Shown piece after piece: positions 51,828-60,744 of a stretch of 64,000 nucleotides of DNA. Source of the stretch: an uncultured delta proteobacterium. GTDB taxonomy: Bacteria; Myxococcota_A; Polyangia; Fen-1088. Within the stretch, counting starts at the first letter, position 1, and each line of letters starts with the position of its first letter. The stretch spans positions 1,248,001-1,312,000 of the forward strand of contig CAWCMR010000025.1 of assembly GCA_963796685.1 (NCBI GenBank). Reading direction: 5' to 3'. A model generated the notes under the pieces. It was not told the origin of the DNA. It did no database searches and saw only the letters and a program-made list of their open reading frames with translations. A program made the translations under genes and the position numbers.

Positions 51828-53389
51828 TGCGAATCGATCAACTGGTTACGTCCTGGGCCAAGCAATCGCCCGACCATGTCGCGGTGGACAGCGCGATGGA
51901 GGCTATGTCCTACGTAGAGCTCGAGGCATTGGCCAATCGCTTCGCCAATCTTTTCAGAGCCACCGGGGTCGTTTTCGGCGACCGGGTGGGTGTGCACATG
52001 CCCCGTTCTGGTCGCACCATTGCAGCCATGCTCGGTGCAGCCCGCGCCGGTGCAGTCTACGTGCCGCTCGATCCCAGCTCGCCGCCTGCGCGCATGAAGA
52101 CCATCATCGCCGATTGTGGCCTGCGCCACGTGGTTATTGCGCCAACGCTGCTAGCCAATTGGATTGCGGGCTCGGCGCATACCGGGGTCCAGCATTTCTT
52201 CCTCTCTGCGGAGGCGCCCCCGCCAGTCATATCAGCGCAAGTGCACACCTGGTCCGAGGTACAGACTGCTAGCGCCAAGCCGCTTGCATTGGTCAACCCA
52301 TCGCCGGATGACCTCGCCTACCTCCTCTACACGTCGGGCTCCACCGGAATCCCCAAAGGTGTGATGATCTCGCATCGCAATGCCCTTGCTTTCTCGGAGT
52401 GGGCTGCCGACTTGATCGCGCTCAATCCCGAGGACCGCGTGGCCAGCGTAGCGCCTTTCCACTTCGATCTGTCGGTGTTCGACATCTGGGCCACCCTGTC
52501 GCGCGGTGCCACCCTGGTCATCGTCGACGAAGCCACCGTGCTCTCGGGACGGCGCATGGTCGACACCATCGTCGCAAAGTCCATCACGGTTTGGTATTCG
52601 GTACCGTCCGCGCTCATCCTGATGCTCGACCATGGCGGGCTGGCCGAACGGGGCGCACCATCACTGCGCGTCATCTTCTTCGCGGGCGAAGTGTTCCCCA
52701 TCAAGTACTTGCGCCGGACAATGGTTGCCCTACCGCGGGTGCGCTTCTTCAACCTGTTCGGTCCCACCGAGACCAACGTATGCCTAGCGTACGAGGTCCC
52801 TGAGCCGCCACCGTTGGAAGCCACAGCCATTCCCATCGGCCTCCCGAGCTGCGGTGACGCGATCGCGGTCCTCGATGAACGCGGTCGCACCGTTCCCGAT
52901 GACGAGATCGGCGAGCTCTTCGTCGAAGGGCCCACGGTGATGATCGGCTACTGGAACGGCGGACAGCCCGCCCTCGTCCGCGGCCCCTACCCTACGGGCG
53001 ATTTCGTGTCTCGCCGTCCGGGGGGCGAAATCATGTACCACGGGCGGCGCGATCACATGGTCAAGATCCGTGGCTTCCGCATCGAGCTGGCCGAGGTCGA
53101 GGCAGCATTGATGCAACACCCGGGTATTCGCGAGGCCATCGCCTTTGCCGTCGAACAGCGCCTAGTGGCTGCCATCCTACCTTCGGATCCCGATCTGTCC
53201 GTTCTGGCGATCAAGCACCATTGCGCCAACCGCCTTCCCCCCTACATGATTCCTTCCGACGTGAGGCTGCTCGCCGAGATGCCGCGTACGTCGAGCGGCA
53301 AGATCGATCGAGTCCGCCTGAGAGCGGACTTAACGGGTGGTGCAGCACAACCTGCCGCCGTCTATCAGGAAGAATCGAGGTCGCTCTAA
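51827..53389 (+). CDS. Standalone adenylation enzyme, L-proline-PCP ligase-like (PltF/RedM/CloN4 type)
   Basis: YTSGSTGIPKG, FDLSVFD, WYSVPS, FAGEVFP, GPTETNVC. Hand-read code is about DLFYFALVCK. Confidence 0.85.
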   Translation: MRIDQLVTSWAKQSPDHVAVDSAMEAMSYVELEALANRFANLFRATGVVFGDRVGVHMPRSGRTIAAMLGAARAGAVYVPLDPSSPPARMKTIIADCGLRHVVIAPTLLANWIAGSAHTGVQHFFLSAEAPPPVISAQVHTWSEVQTASAKPLALVNPSPDDLAYLLYTSGSTGIPKGVMISHRNALAFSEWAADLIALNPEDRVASVAPFHFDLSVFDIWATLSRGATLVIVDEATVLSGRRMVDTIVAKSITVWYSVPSALILMLDHGGLAERGAPSLRVIFFAGEVFPIKYLRRTMVALPRVRFFNLFGPTETNVCLAYEVPEPPPLEATAIPIGLPSCGDAIAVLDERGRTVPDDEIGELFVEGPTVMIGYWNGGQPALVRGPYPTGDFVSRRPGGEIMYHGRRDHMVKIRGFRIELAEVEAALMQHPGIREAIAFAVEQRLVAAILPSDPDLSVLAIKHHCANRLPPYMIPSDVRLLAEMPRTSSGKIDRVRLRADLTGGAAQPAAVYQEESRSL

Positions 53390-53664
53390 TGCAAGAACGA
53401 ATTCGCGCATCCGTCCATCAGTACATCGTCAGCACCTGGCTGAGCGGAGATGAGCGGGGCTTCGACGACAATACCGATCTCCTGCAGGCCGGCATCCTCG
53501 ATTCCTTCACTACGTTATCCATCACAGGCTACCTGGATGAAAGTTTTCACATCCAGCTCGATCCAGCAGAAATCAATCCCGAGAATCTGCGCAGCGTCAA
53601 TGCTCTCGTCAAGATCGTGCTCGCCAAGCTGGCAACGAGAGGCGAGAGGCCTGACAAGACTTAA
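53389..53664 (+). CDS. Peptidyl carrier protein (PltL/CloN5-like)
   Basis: DLLQAGILDSF; start overlaps the A-domain stop (TAATG). Confidence 0.85.
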   Translation: MQERIRASVHQYIVSTWLSGDERGFDDNTDLLQAGILDSFTTLSITGYLDESFHIQLDPAEINPENLRSVNALVKIVLAKLATRGERPDKT

Positions 53665-53711
53665 GTCACGGCTACCGACAAAAGTGCCCCCCAAACCCGT
53701 TCGAGGACCCC

Positions 53712-53939
53712 ATGGAACAAACCCTGCGAAATATCGTCGCCAAGATTGCAGAAATCCCGCCGGACTTTGCCCCCGACGCGTCCCTGCGCGACGACCTCAA
53801 GGTCGATTCGGTGCGCGCCCTCGAAATCCTTTTCGAGGTGGAAAAGGAATTGGCGATACCGGTTCCCGAGGCTCGCTACGGCGAGATACGTACTTTTCAG
53901 GACCTCGTGAAACTGGTCAGTTCGCTCAAGAGCGCTTAG
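53712..53939 (+). CDS. Acyl carrier protein
   Basis: LRDDLKVDSVRALEI; GAGG RBS. Confidence 0.88.
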   Translation: MEQTLRNIVAKIAEIPPDFAPDASLRDDLKVDSVRALEILFEVEKELAIPVPEARYGEIRTFQDLVKLVSSLKSA

Positions 53940-53978
53940 CGCCCATCGTCGGACCGCATCCTGCAAGCGAGTTTGCAC

Positions 53979-55200
53979 GTGCAACGACGGGTCGTCATCA
54001 CTGGGTGTGGGATTCTGAGCTTCCGCAGGCAACGACCTCGACACATTCTGGCGTTCGCTGACGAGTGGCAAGAGCTTCATCAGCCCCCTGACGAGCTTCA
54101 CGTGTCCCGCGCAAGACGCCCCGGTCGGGGCCGAGCTGCAGATACCTGCCGAAGACGCGCTTTCGGCAGGTATCGACGAGAATTCCTACCGAGCACGCTG
54201 TGCGCACTTGGCCATGGCAGCGTCCCGCCGTGCGGTCGCGCATGCGGGCCTCGAGCCAGGTGACGAGTGCCTTTTCCGGGCCGGTGTCGTACTTGGCACG
54301 ACCATGGGCGAGGAACGACAAATCGGCGACCTCAGCGAACGCTGGGCAAACCTGGCGGCCGACAGCGTGGATGCCGGTTTTTGTGCACGCGCTGACAATC
54401 ACAAGCTCGCGGCAAACATCGCGTCCAGGTACGGCCTCGGCGGGCCCGTCCTACTTAGCGCGACGGCTTGCAGCTCGGGCAATGCCTCCGTGGCCTTGGC
54501 CTATGACCTAATCGCCGACGGCACGGCTGACCTCATGATCGCGGGCGGCGCCGACACCTTTACCCGTCTCACCTATTGCGGATTTGCCCGCATGAGCGCG
54601 TTATCCAAGACCGCGTGCAAACCCTTCGACAAGAATCGCGACGGCGTTTCCTTCGGCGAGGGCGCAGGCATTCTGGTCATTGAAGAGCTCGAACACGCCC
54701 GCGAGCGCGGTGCAAACATCCTCGCCGAAGTCCTGGGCTACGGCTTCAGCAACGACGCGCACCACGTGACCGCCCCCGAACCCAATGGCGCCGGTTTCAT
54801 TCGCGCGATCGAGCAGGCCCTGACGACAACCAGCACCCCACCGGACCAGATTGGCTACGTATGCGCGCATGGCACGGGAACCCAGTACAACGACCAGGGC
54901 GAAGTTCGTGCCATGAAAACCGTGTTCGGGGAGCGTGCGAGCCGAATCCCCATGAGCTCGATCAAGGCGGCTATCGGACACACCAACGGAGCAGCCGGTG
55001 CCATTGCGACCATCGCATGTACCCTCGCCCTGCTCCATCAGATGGTGCCCCCCACCGCCACCCTGGTCGAACCCGATCCGGAGTTCGCCATGGACTTTGT
55101 CATGGGCCGAGGCCGCAAGGCTTCGTTTTCGACCTGCCTCAACTTGTCCGCTGGCTTTGGCGGGTCCAACGCCTGCGTGTTGCTTGCGAGGGCGCCGTGA
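53979..55200 (+). CDS. Beta-ketoacyl-ACP synthase (FabF-like type II KS); +1 frameshift at ~54021
   Basis: RRVVITG; ATACSSG active Cys; AHGTGT and GHTNG His residues; GFGG.N. Confidence 0.87.
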
Positions 55201-56405
55201 CCGGCCAAGCTGAACACGCCGTGGCCATCACCGGCGTCGGGATCCTGACTCCACTCGGCGATTCCATGGCCGGCGTCGTGGAGGCGCTGTGCGCCGGCCG
55301 CTCGTCGGTTGCTCCCATACAAAAGCCCGCGTCAGCCAATGGCTCCAGCTTCGCGGACTTCGAGGCTACCCGCTACGCCAACGTGCGCGGGATGCGCATC
55401 TACAATCGGACCACGCGGCTCGGGATCTGCGCCACGCGGCTGGCCATGGTCGATGCTGGACTGGAAAATGCCGGCTTTCCCGGCGAGCAACTCGGCGTAG
55501 TCATGGCCTCGACCTTTGGCCATTTCGACACCCTCATCGAATACGATCGTGGCCTTTTCACCCAGGGTCCGGCAAGCACCAATCCAGCGCTCATGCCCCT
55601 GGCCATCCCGAGTGCGCCCGGCGCCCTGATCGCCCTCTCCTTCGGTGCCAAGGCCTGTTCCATTACTCTCGCTGACGGCGGTGCCGGTGCACTCGATGCC
55701 CTGGGTCTGGCTGCGCGGCTCGCACGAGCGGGTCGGGTCGGCGCCTGCATCGTGGTCGCCGCGCTCGGCCTCTTCGACGAGCTGATTATGTCTGCGGCCC
55801 GCGCGGGCCAGCTCGCGCCACCGGATGCGTTTCGCGTATTCGACCAGCGCAGCGGCGGCAGTGCCTTCGGCGAGGCCGGGGTCGCGGTGATCGTGGAGAC
55901 AATGGCACATGCCCGCGCGCGAGGCGCCACGCCCAAGGGCTTCGTGGCCGGACAGGCCTCCACCTTCGCCGCAGACTCCGAGCGTTTGGAAGGGTCCCTA
56001 GCTCGCGCGTGCTCACAAGCCCTGCACAAAGCCGGGGTGGAACCTCACGGCCTCGGACTGGTGAGCAGCGGCGCCAATGGCTCGCCGGCAGTCGACCGGG
56101 CCGAAGCGCGCGCGCTGCTCTCTGTCCTGGGCCAATCGTCCGAACGGCCGGCAGTCACCGCGATCAAGTCCGCGCTCGGCGACATGCTCGACGCCAGTGG
56201 GCTGCTTCAGACAGTCGTCGCAATGTCTGCCTTGGCCGGAACACCAGCACCGCCCATCGCGAGGCTGGGCGAGGCCGCCTTCCCAGGTCTGCGCTACCTG
56301 GCCGAACCATCACCCATCGAGCAAGGTCATGCGCTGATCACAGGCACATCCCAAACCGGTGCATGCTCCGCGCTCGTGCTTTCGAGGGAACCTCGTGCCG
56401 GCTGA
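55197..56405 (+). CDS. Inactive KS paralogue / chain-length-factor-like subunit
   Basis: AVAITGVG, GEAG. Active Cys replaced (ADGGAGA) and both His replaced (SGANG, LGDML). Confidence 0.8.
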   Translation: MTGQAEHAVAITGVGILTPLGDSMAGVVEALCAGRSSVAPIQKPASANGSSFADFEATRYANVRGMRIYNRTTRLGICATRLAMVDAGLENAGFPGEQLGVVMASTFGHFDTLIEYDRGLFTQGPASTNPALMPLAIPSAPGALIALSFGAKACSITLADGGAGALDALGLAARLARAGRVGACIVVAALGLFDELIMSAARAGQLAPPDAFRVFDQRSGGSAFGEAGVAVIVETMAHARARGATPKGFVAGQASTFAADSERLEGSLARACSQALHKAGVEPHGLGLVSSGANGSPAVDRAEARALLSVLGQSSERPAVTAIKSALGDMLDASGLLQTVVAMSALAGTPAPPIARLGEAAFPGLRYLAEPSPIEQGHALITGTSQTGACSALVLSREPRAG

Positions 56406-57144
56406 TGCTTCAAGGAAGGTGGCGGTCGTCACCGGAGGTTCGCGCGGCATTGGTCGCGCCGTGGTCGAGCACCTTGCACGCAAGGGCGTGGACGTCACCT
56501 TCACCTTCGTCGCCAACGAAGCCGCTGCGCAGAAAGTCGCGACCGATCTTTCCGCCGACGGGTTCGCCGCGCGAGGCCGGCGTGTGGATGCCCGCGATGT
56601 GGCAGCCTGCAAGGCCCTGGTACAATCCGTTATCGCCGAACGTGGCCGCATCGACCTGCTGGTCAACAATGCCGCCGTCCTCGCGGACAAGCTCTTGGCG
56701 CTGATGGCTCAAGAGGACTGGGACCATGTGGTGAATACCAGCCTGAACGGCCTCTTCGGAACCACCCAGCCGACGGCGAGGCAGATGATGCGCCAGCGTG
56801 CTGGACGAATCGTGAACCTGACTTCGGTCTCGGGAATCGTCGGCGTTGCCGGACAGACCAACTATTCAGCCGCCAAGGCTGCCATCATCGGTTTCACGCG
56901 CTCTCTGGCCAAAGAGCTTGCGCCCCTTGGCATCTGCGTGAACGCGGTGGCTCCCGGATTCGTCGACACGGAGATGCTGGCTATGTTCTCGCCCGAACAG
57001 CGCAAGGACGCGATTGCCCGCGTTCCCATGCACCGGTTCGCCCAGGCGGACGAAATCGCGGAGCTGGTTTGCTACCTGGCCCTCGAGGCGCCCTCGTACC
57101 TCACGGGCCAGACCCTTGTGATAGACGGGGGGCTCACGGCATAG
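56395..57144 (+). CDS. fabG: 3-oxoacyl-ACP reductase (FabG-like SDR)
   Basis: TGGSRGIG, LVNNA, GQTNYSAAK, VAPGFVDT, IDGG. Confidence 0.9.
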   Translation: MPADASRKVAVVTGGSRGIGRAVVEHLARKGVDVTFTFVANEAAAQKVATDLSADGFAARGRRVDARDVAACKALVQSVIAERGRIDLLVNNAAVLADKLLALMAQEDWDHVVNTSLNGLFGTTQPTARQMMRQRAGRIVNLTSVSGIVGVAGQTNYSAAKAAIIGFTRSLAKELAPLGICVNAVAPGFVDTEMLAMFSPEQRKDAIARVPMHRFAQADEIAELVCYLALEAPSYLTGQTLVIDGGLTA

Positions 57145-57183
57145 AGGCCGGAAGGTCGACGCGAAACGTAACGGCGCTCAACA

Positions 57184-57846
57184 CTACTTCGGCGCGCCGC
57201 CGGTGCCGAGCGCGGCTCCCGCCAGCTCGGCCGCACTGACGAAACGCATTGGGATGCCGAGGACCACTGAGTTCTCCGGGATATCCCTGGCCACGACGGT
57301 ATTTGCGGCGATGTACGAGCCATCCCCAACCCGGATTCCCCCTACAATGCAGGCCCCGGGACCGATCTCCACGCGATTCCCAATCTTGGGGATCTCGGTA
57401 TCGTTCCGACGCGAAAGGCCCATGGTCACCGAGTGCTGCATGATGACGTCATCGCCGATTTCGCTTGCACCGAGGACCATGCACCCATGGTGCCCCAGGC
57501 GAACCCTCCTGCCCACCTTGACGTTGTAAGGCAGGTCGATCCCCCAGAGGGCGACCGTGGCTCGGTATGCCGTACGGTACGCAGCGCTCATCGGAGCGCG
57601 CAACAACTTGCTCTTGAAAGACATGCGCCAGTTGCCAAATCGGTGCACGGAGAGTGTCCAGAAACCTGGCGAAAGCAAGCTCCCGCCGTGGGTACGAAAA
57701 TCCTCTGCCAAGAGGGACAGCAAACTCATCCCGGCCGGGTTCGAATTGGTGTCGCCGACCGCGATATTGACCGGACAACGTACGGGGTTCACACGCGGCA
57801 CGCGCGGCGGCTGGCCGCGTTCGTGGCTGTCGGTCATCGAAGTCAT
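57184..57846 (-). CDS. Hexapeptide-repeat O-acyltransferase (serine acetyltransferase/WcaB-like)
   Basis: PGFW...HRFGNWR, LbH repeats, V.G.P end. Confidence 0.85.
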   Translation of the reverse strand: MTSMTDSHERGQPPRVPRVNPVRCPVNIAVGDTNSNPAGMSLLSLLAEDFRTHGGSLLSPGFWTLSVHRFGNWRMSFKSKLLRAPMSAAYRTAYRATVALWGIDLPYNVKVGRRVRLGHHGCMVLGASEIGDDVIMQHSVTMGLSRRNDTEIPKIGNRVEIGPGACIVGGIRVGDGSYIAANTVVARDIPENSVVLGIPMRFVSAAELAGAALGTGGAPK

Positions 57847-58427
57847 TGGGGAATGATTCTGGCGGGGACACCGAACACGACCACGCCCGGTGGAACCTGC
57901 TGCGTGACCACGCTGTTGGCGCCCACAAAAGCTCCCTTGCCCACGTGAACATCCCCAACGACACAGGCGCCCGAGCCAATATCCACGCCGTCCTCAATAA
58001 CGGGCAGACACTCGGGCCGGCCAGCATCGGCCTGTCGCACCGGCCCGAAAGTCGTGTCTTGACGAATATGCACGTCATCACCAATCGACCGCGCGTTGAG
58101 CAGGATCGATCCGTGATGCCAGATACGAAACCGGCGGCCGACGCGAGTCGTATTCGGTAGACAAATCCCCCATACCCAATCAATGGCCGTGGTCAAGACC
58201 TTGTGAGCAGAAAGCAACGGACGTCGCAGCGCCGCGGGACTCACCCGGCTGGCGCGTGTCCCCAAGCGATGCGCGGCAACGGCCCAGAAACCCGGCTCCA
58301 GCCAAAGCCGGTCGTGGGTGGTGAAGTCCTCAGCCAGGAGCTCGCGTAGCGACAGTTCCTCTGCGCTGCGTTTGTCCAAGCCGCGGGCCGAATTTTCATT
58401 GGGCGACTGTCGCGGTGGGTCGGTCAT
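57843..58427 (-). CDS. Hexapeptide-repeat O-acyltransferase (paralogue)
   Basis: PGFWAVAAHR, IWHHG, VGANSVV, GVPAR. Confidence 0.85.
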   Translation of the reverse strand: MTDPPRQSPNENSARGLDKRSAEELSLRELLAEDFTTHDRLWLEPGFWAVAAHRLGTRASRVSPAALRRPLLSAHKVLTTAIDWVWGICLPNTTRVGRRFRIWHHGSILLNARSIGDDVHIRQDTTFGPVRQADAGRPECLPVIEDGVDIGSGACVVGDVHVGKGAFVGANSVVTQQVPPGVVVFGVPARIIPQ

Positions 58428-58717
58428 GATGGTGGGTTCGCCTGGGTTCGATCAACCAGGCAAAGGCCGTGCTTCAAATGTACGAGTACGCTCCCCGGCT
58501 AGCAAGTCTCGAAAACAGTGTCCTTCCGGTGAGCATGCGTGAAATCGGCGGCCAACCGAGCGTAGACCATGGGCTGGCTCGGTTGAGCCTGAAGGACAAG
58601 GCATGGCACGCCCGAACGAGACGCGAGCGACGCAAGGATTGCAGCAGGTGCGCAGAAGGCTCGACTTCTGGCAGTGCTGACACAACGTAGCGCCTGCCAC
58701 CTGGCACGGTGCGTGTG

Positions 58718-59182
58718 TCAAGTCTTGCCGGCAGAGCGCACGTCGAGGCGGGTCTCGTGCGGGTAGAGAATCTGCAGATCATTCACACCTCGCGTCCGCA
58801 TGGCCAGCTTTCGGATGACCGTGACCAACCGCACCACGACGGCTTCGCTGCTCCACTTGCCTCGCGAGGTGTAGTCCTCGTGGGCGGCGATGTGCACAAC
58901 CACGATGGTGCTGCGCCGGACCCTGGTGAACATCGCGACTCCGACGAGTCGTTCCTGTGCCTCCGTCGCGTCGAATGCGTACAGGGTCTGCAATATTCCC
59001 AAAGTAGTCGCGCGGAAGCGGAGTCGATCATCCTCTTCGACGATCTCAGGGACGCCGTAGCGATGGACGAGATCGACCAGGCGTCCGGTGATCAAGCTTT
59101 GCTCGGGATTGAAGAAAACGATCCGCTCCAACTCCTTGCGGAACGAGCCACGAAGCTCGGATGAGATACGGATGTTGCGCAT
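58718..59182 (-). CDS. Hypothetical protein, possibly GNAT-like
   Basis: Natural-looking composition; LVGVAMFTR...VVHIAAHEDY strand pattern. Confidence 0.55.
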   Translation of the reverse strand: MRNIRISSELRGSFRKELERIVFFNPEQSLITGRLVDLVHRYGVPEIVEEDDRLRFRATTLGILQTLYAFDATEAQERLVGVAMFTRVRRSTIVVVHIAAHEDYTSRGKWSSEAVVVRLVTVIRKLAMRTRGVNDLQILYPHETRLDVRSAGKT

Positions 59183-59291
59183 GAGCGGACTTTGCAGGTG
59201 CTCTTTCCATCGGATGCCGCTGCGATTCCAAAGTTGCTGCCAACGGATTCCAGCGCGCTGGTGATCCGTATTGTCGAGTTGCTTGTCAATC

Positions 59292-59306
59292 TGGCACACA
59301 TCTTGC
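59292..59306 (+). promoter_or_regulatory. Sigma54 -24/-12 consensus match
   Basis: TGGCACACATCTTGC (GG-N10-GC) in intergenic DNA. Confidence 0.4.
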
Positions 59307-59391
59307 GCAAGGTTGTCCGATCTTCGCGTTCGCGATGACCCGAAATTCGCAGACCGCACATCCTGAAGGCATGCGTTCGGCCAACCGAGGG

Positions 59392-60438
59392 TTACTCTGA
59401 ATCACGCGTCGGCCGCCACTCTCGGGCAGGTTCAATCGTCCGGTTGGCTTTGCGAAGCACGCTGTACCGCAAGACATCGCGGGCAAAGTACGGGACGCTT
59501 GTTCGACCATGTCCTTTCAGCATCTCCTTCGTCTCGCCAACCACGTGAGCCAAGAGGAGGACAACATCCGTGGCCATGGCATAGGGCACGCCGTGGTTCT
59601 TGGCAAAGTACCTGCGCCGCGACTCGAACCAGTAACCGGGCAGCCGCTTGTTTCCCTCCTGCTTGCCCGTAACCCCCGTGCTTTGCCCTGCAATATGCAT
59701 GACCCTGCTTTGCGGGACGTACCAGATGGTCCAACCCGCGGCCTTGATTTTGCGGCAGAAGTCGGTTTCCTCGTAGTACAGGAAGTAGTTTTCATCCATG
59801 CCTCCGATGTTCTCGATGACCTGGCGCCGAACCATCATGGAAGCGCCTGGAAACCAGTCCACTTGCTCGGGAACGTTGCCCATGGTCCTCGCTACGATGT
59901 GCCTGTGGAGAAGCTTGCTGACCAGGCCGAATCGCAACCCGTGGTCTAGCTCACCAAGCAGGCTGGGATAGCGAAAGGCATAGGGCCAGAGTCGGCCATC
60001 CTGAGACTCGAAACTGCTGCCCACGATTCCCGCATCGTCGTGCCGATCGAGAAAGTCCACCAGTGCGCTGATGGCCCCACTGCGCACCTCGGTATCCGGG
60101 TTGAGCATGAGAAAGAAATCGGGCACCGTGGCCGATTCGAAGCCGTGGCGAAAACCGAGGTTGTTGCCGTAGGCGAATCCGCCATTCCGAGCCGCGGATA
60201 CAACCATGATCCACTCCTGGTAGCCGGAATCCATCACCATGCGCTGGATCGGCTCGGCATCCCCAGACGCATTGTCAATAACCACAACCCGAAGCACGAT
60301 ATTGCGAGCGGCCTCGGCCGATCTCTCGCCGGCTAGCGAGGTAAGGAGGTTCTTCACCAAGATCGGGGTCTTATAGGTGACGATCACGGCTAGAACGGTA
60401 CGCTGGGGTACGGCGCGAGGTGCATTCATGAAAGTCAC
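59392..60438 (-). CDS. Glycosyltransferase family 2
   Basis: IVTY, IDNASGD, NGGFAYGNN, LNPDT, GGMDENYFLYYEETD. Confidence 0.92.
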   Translation of the reverse strand: MTFMNAPRAVPQRTVLAVIVTYKTPILVKNLLTSLAGERSAEAARNIVLRVVVIDNASGDAEPIQRMVMDSGYQEWIMVVSAARNGGFAYGNNLGFRHGFESATVPDFFLMLNPDTEVRSGAISALVDFLDRHDDAGIVGSSFESQDGRLWPYAFRYPSLLGELDHGLRFGLVSKLLHRHIVARTMGNVPEQVDWFPGASMMVRRQVIENIGGMDENYFLYYEETDFCRKIKAAGWTIWYVPQSRVMHIAGQSTGVTGKQEGNKRLPGYWFESRRRYFAKNHGVPYAMATDVVLLLAHVVGETKEMLKGHGRTSVPYFARDVLRYSVLRKANRTIEPAREWRPTRDSE

Positions 60439-60744
60439 ACGATATCCTTAGCGCAATTCAGCTTGTTGGTCGCGCTGCGCTCGAGCGGTACAACCCCTCC
60501 GCCATACGTGCTCGCTGCGAACCCTGCTCAGGAAACAAGAAGGAAACCCTGGCGCCTGATTTGGGAAATTATAGTGAGTGCCCATAGCATAAGTGATACG
60601 TGCGCTAATCAGTTGCGCAAGGCGGGAGATAGCGCGTTCGCAAAGGCCAAGCAAGAGCGTGGTTTGCAAGGGCTTCCCCTTGCCCAGGACCGGCTGTCGG
60701 GGCACCATATCCCTCCTAGAACCAAAGACAGGACGCAGCAAGCC

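Noticed and set aside
21356-54024. Programmed +1 ribosomal frameshifting at GAGCTTCC
   Set aside because: The motif lies antisense in one affected gene and in different codon phases in the others.
53712-57144. Housekeeping fatty-acid synthase operon
   Set aside because: Contains an inactive KS partner and a divergent ACP, lacks fabD/fabH/plsX, and continues from the prolyl cassette.
59303-60620. TTGCGCAA palindrome in two intergenic regions
   Set aside because: Only 8 bp and two occurrences; chance cannot be excluded.
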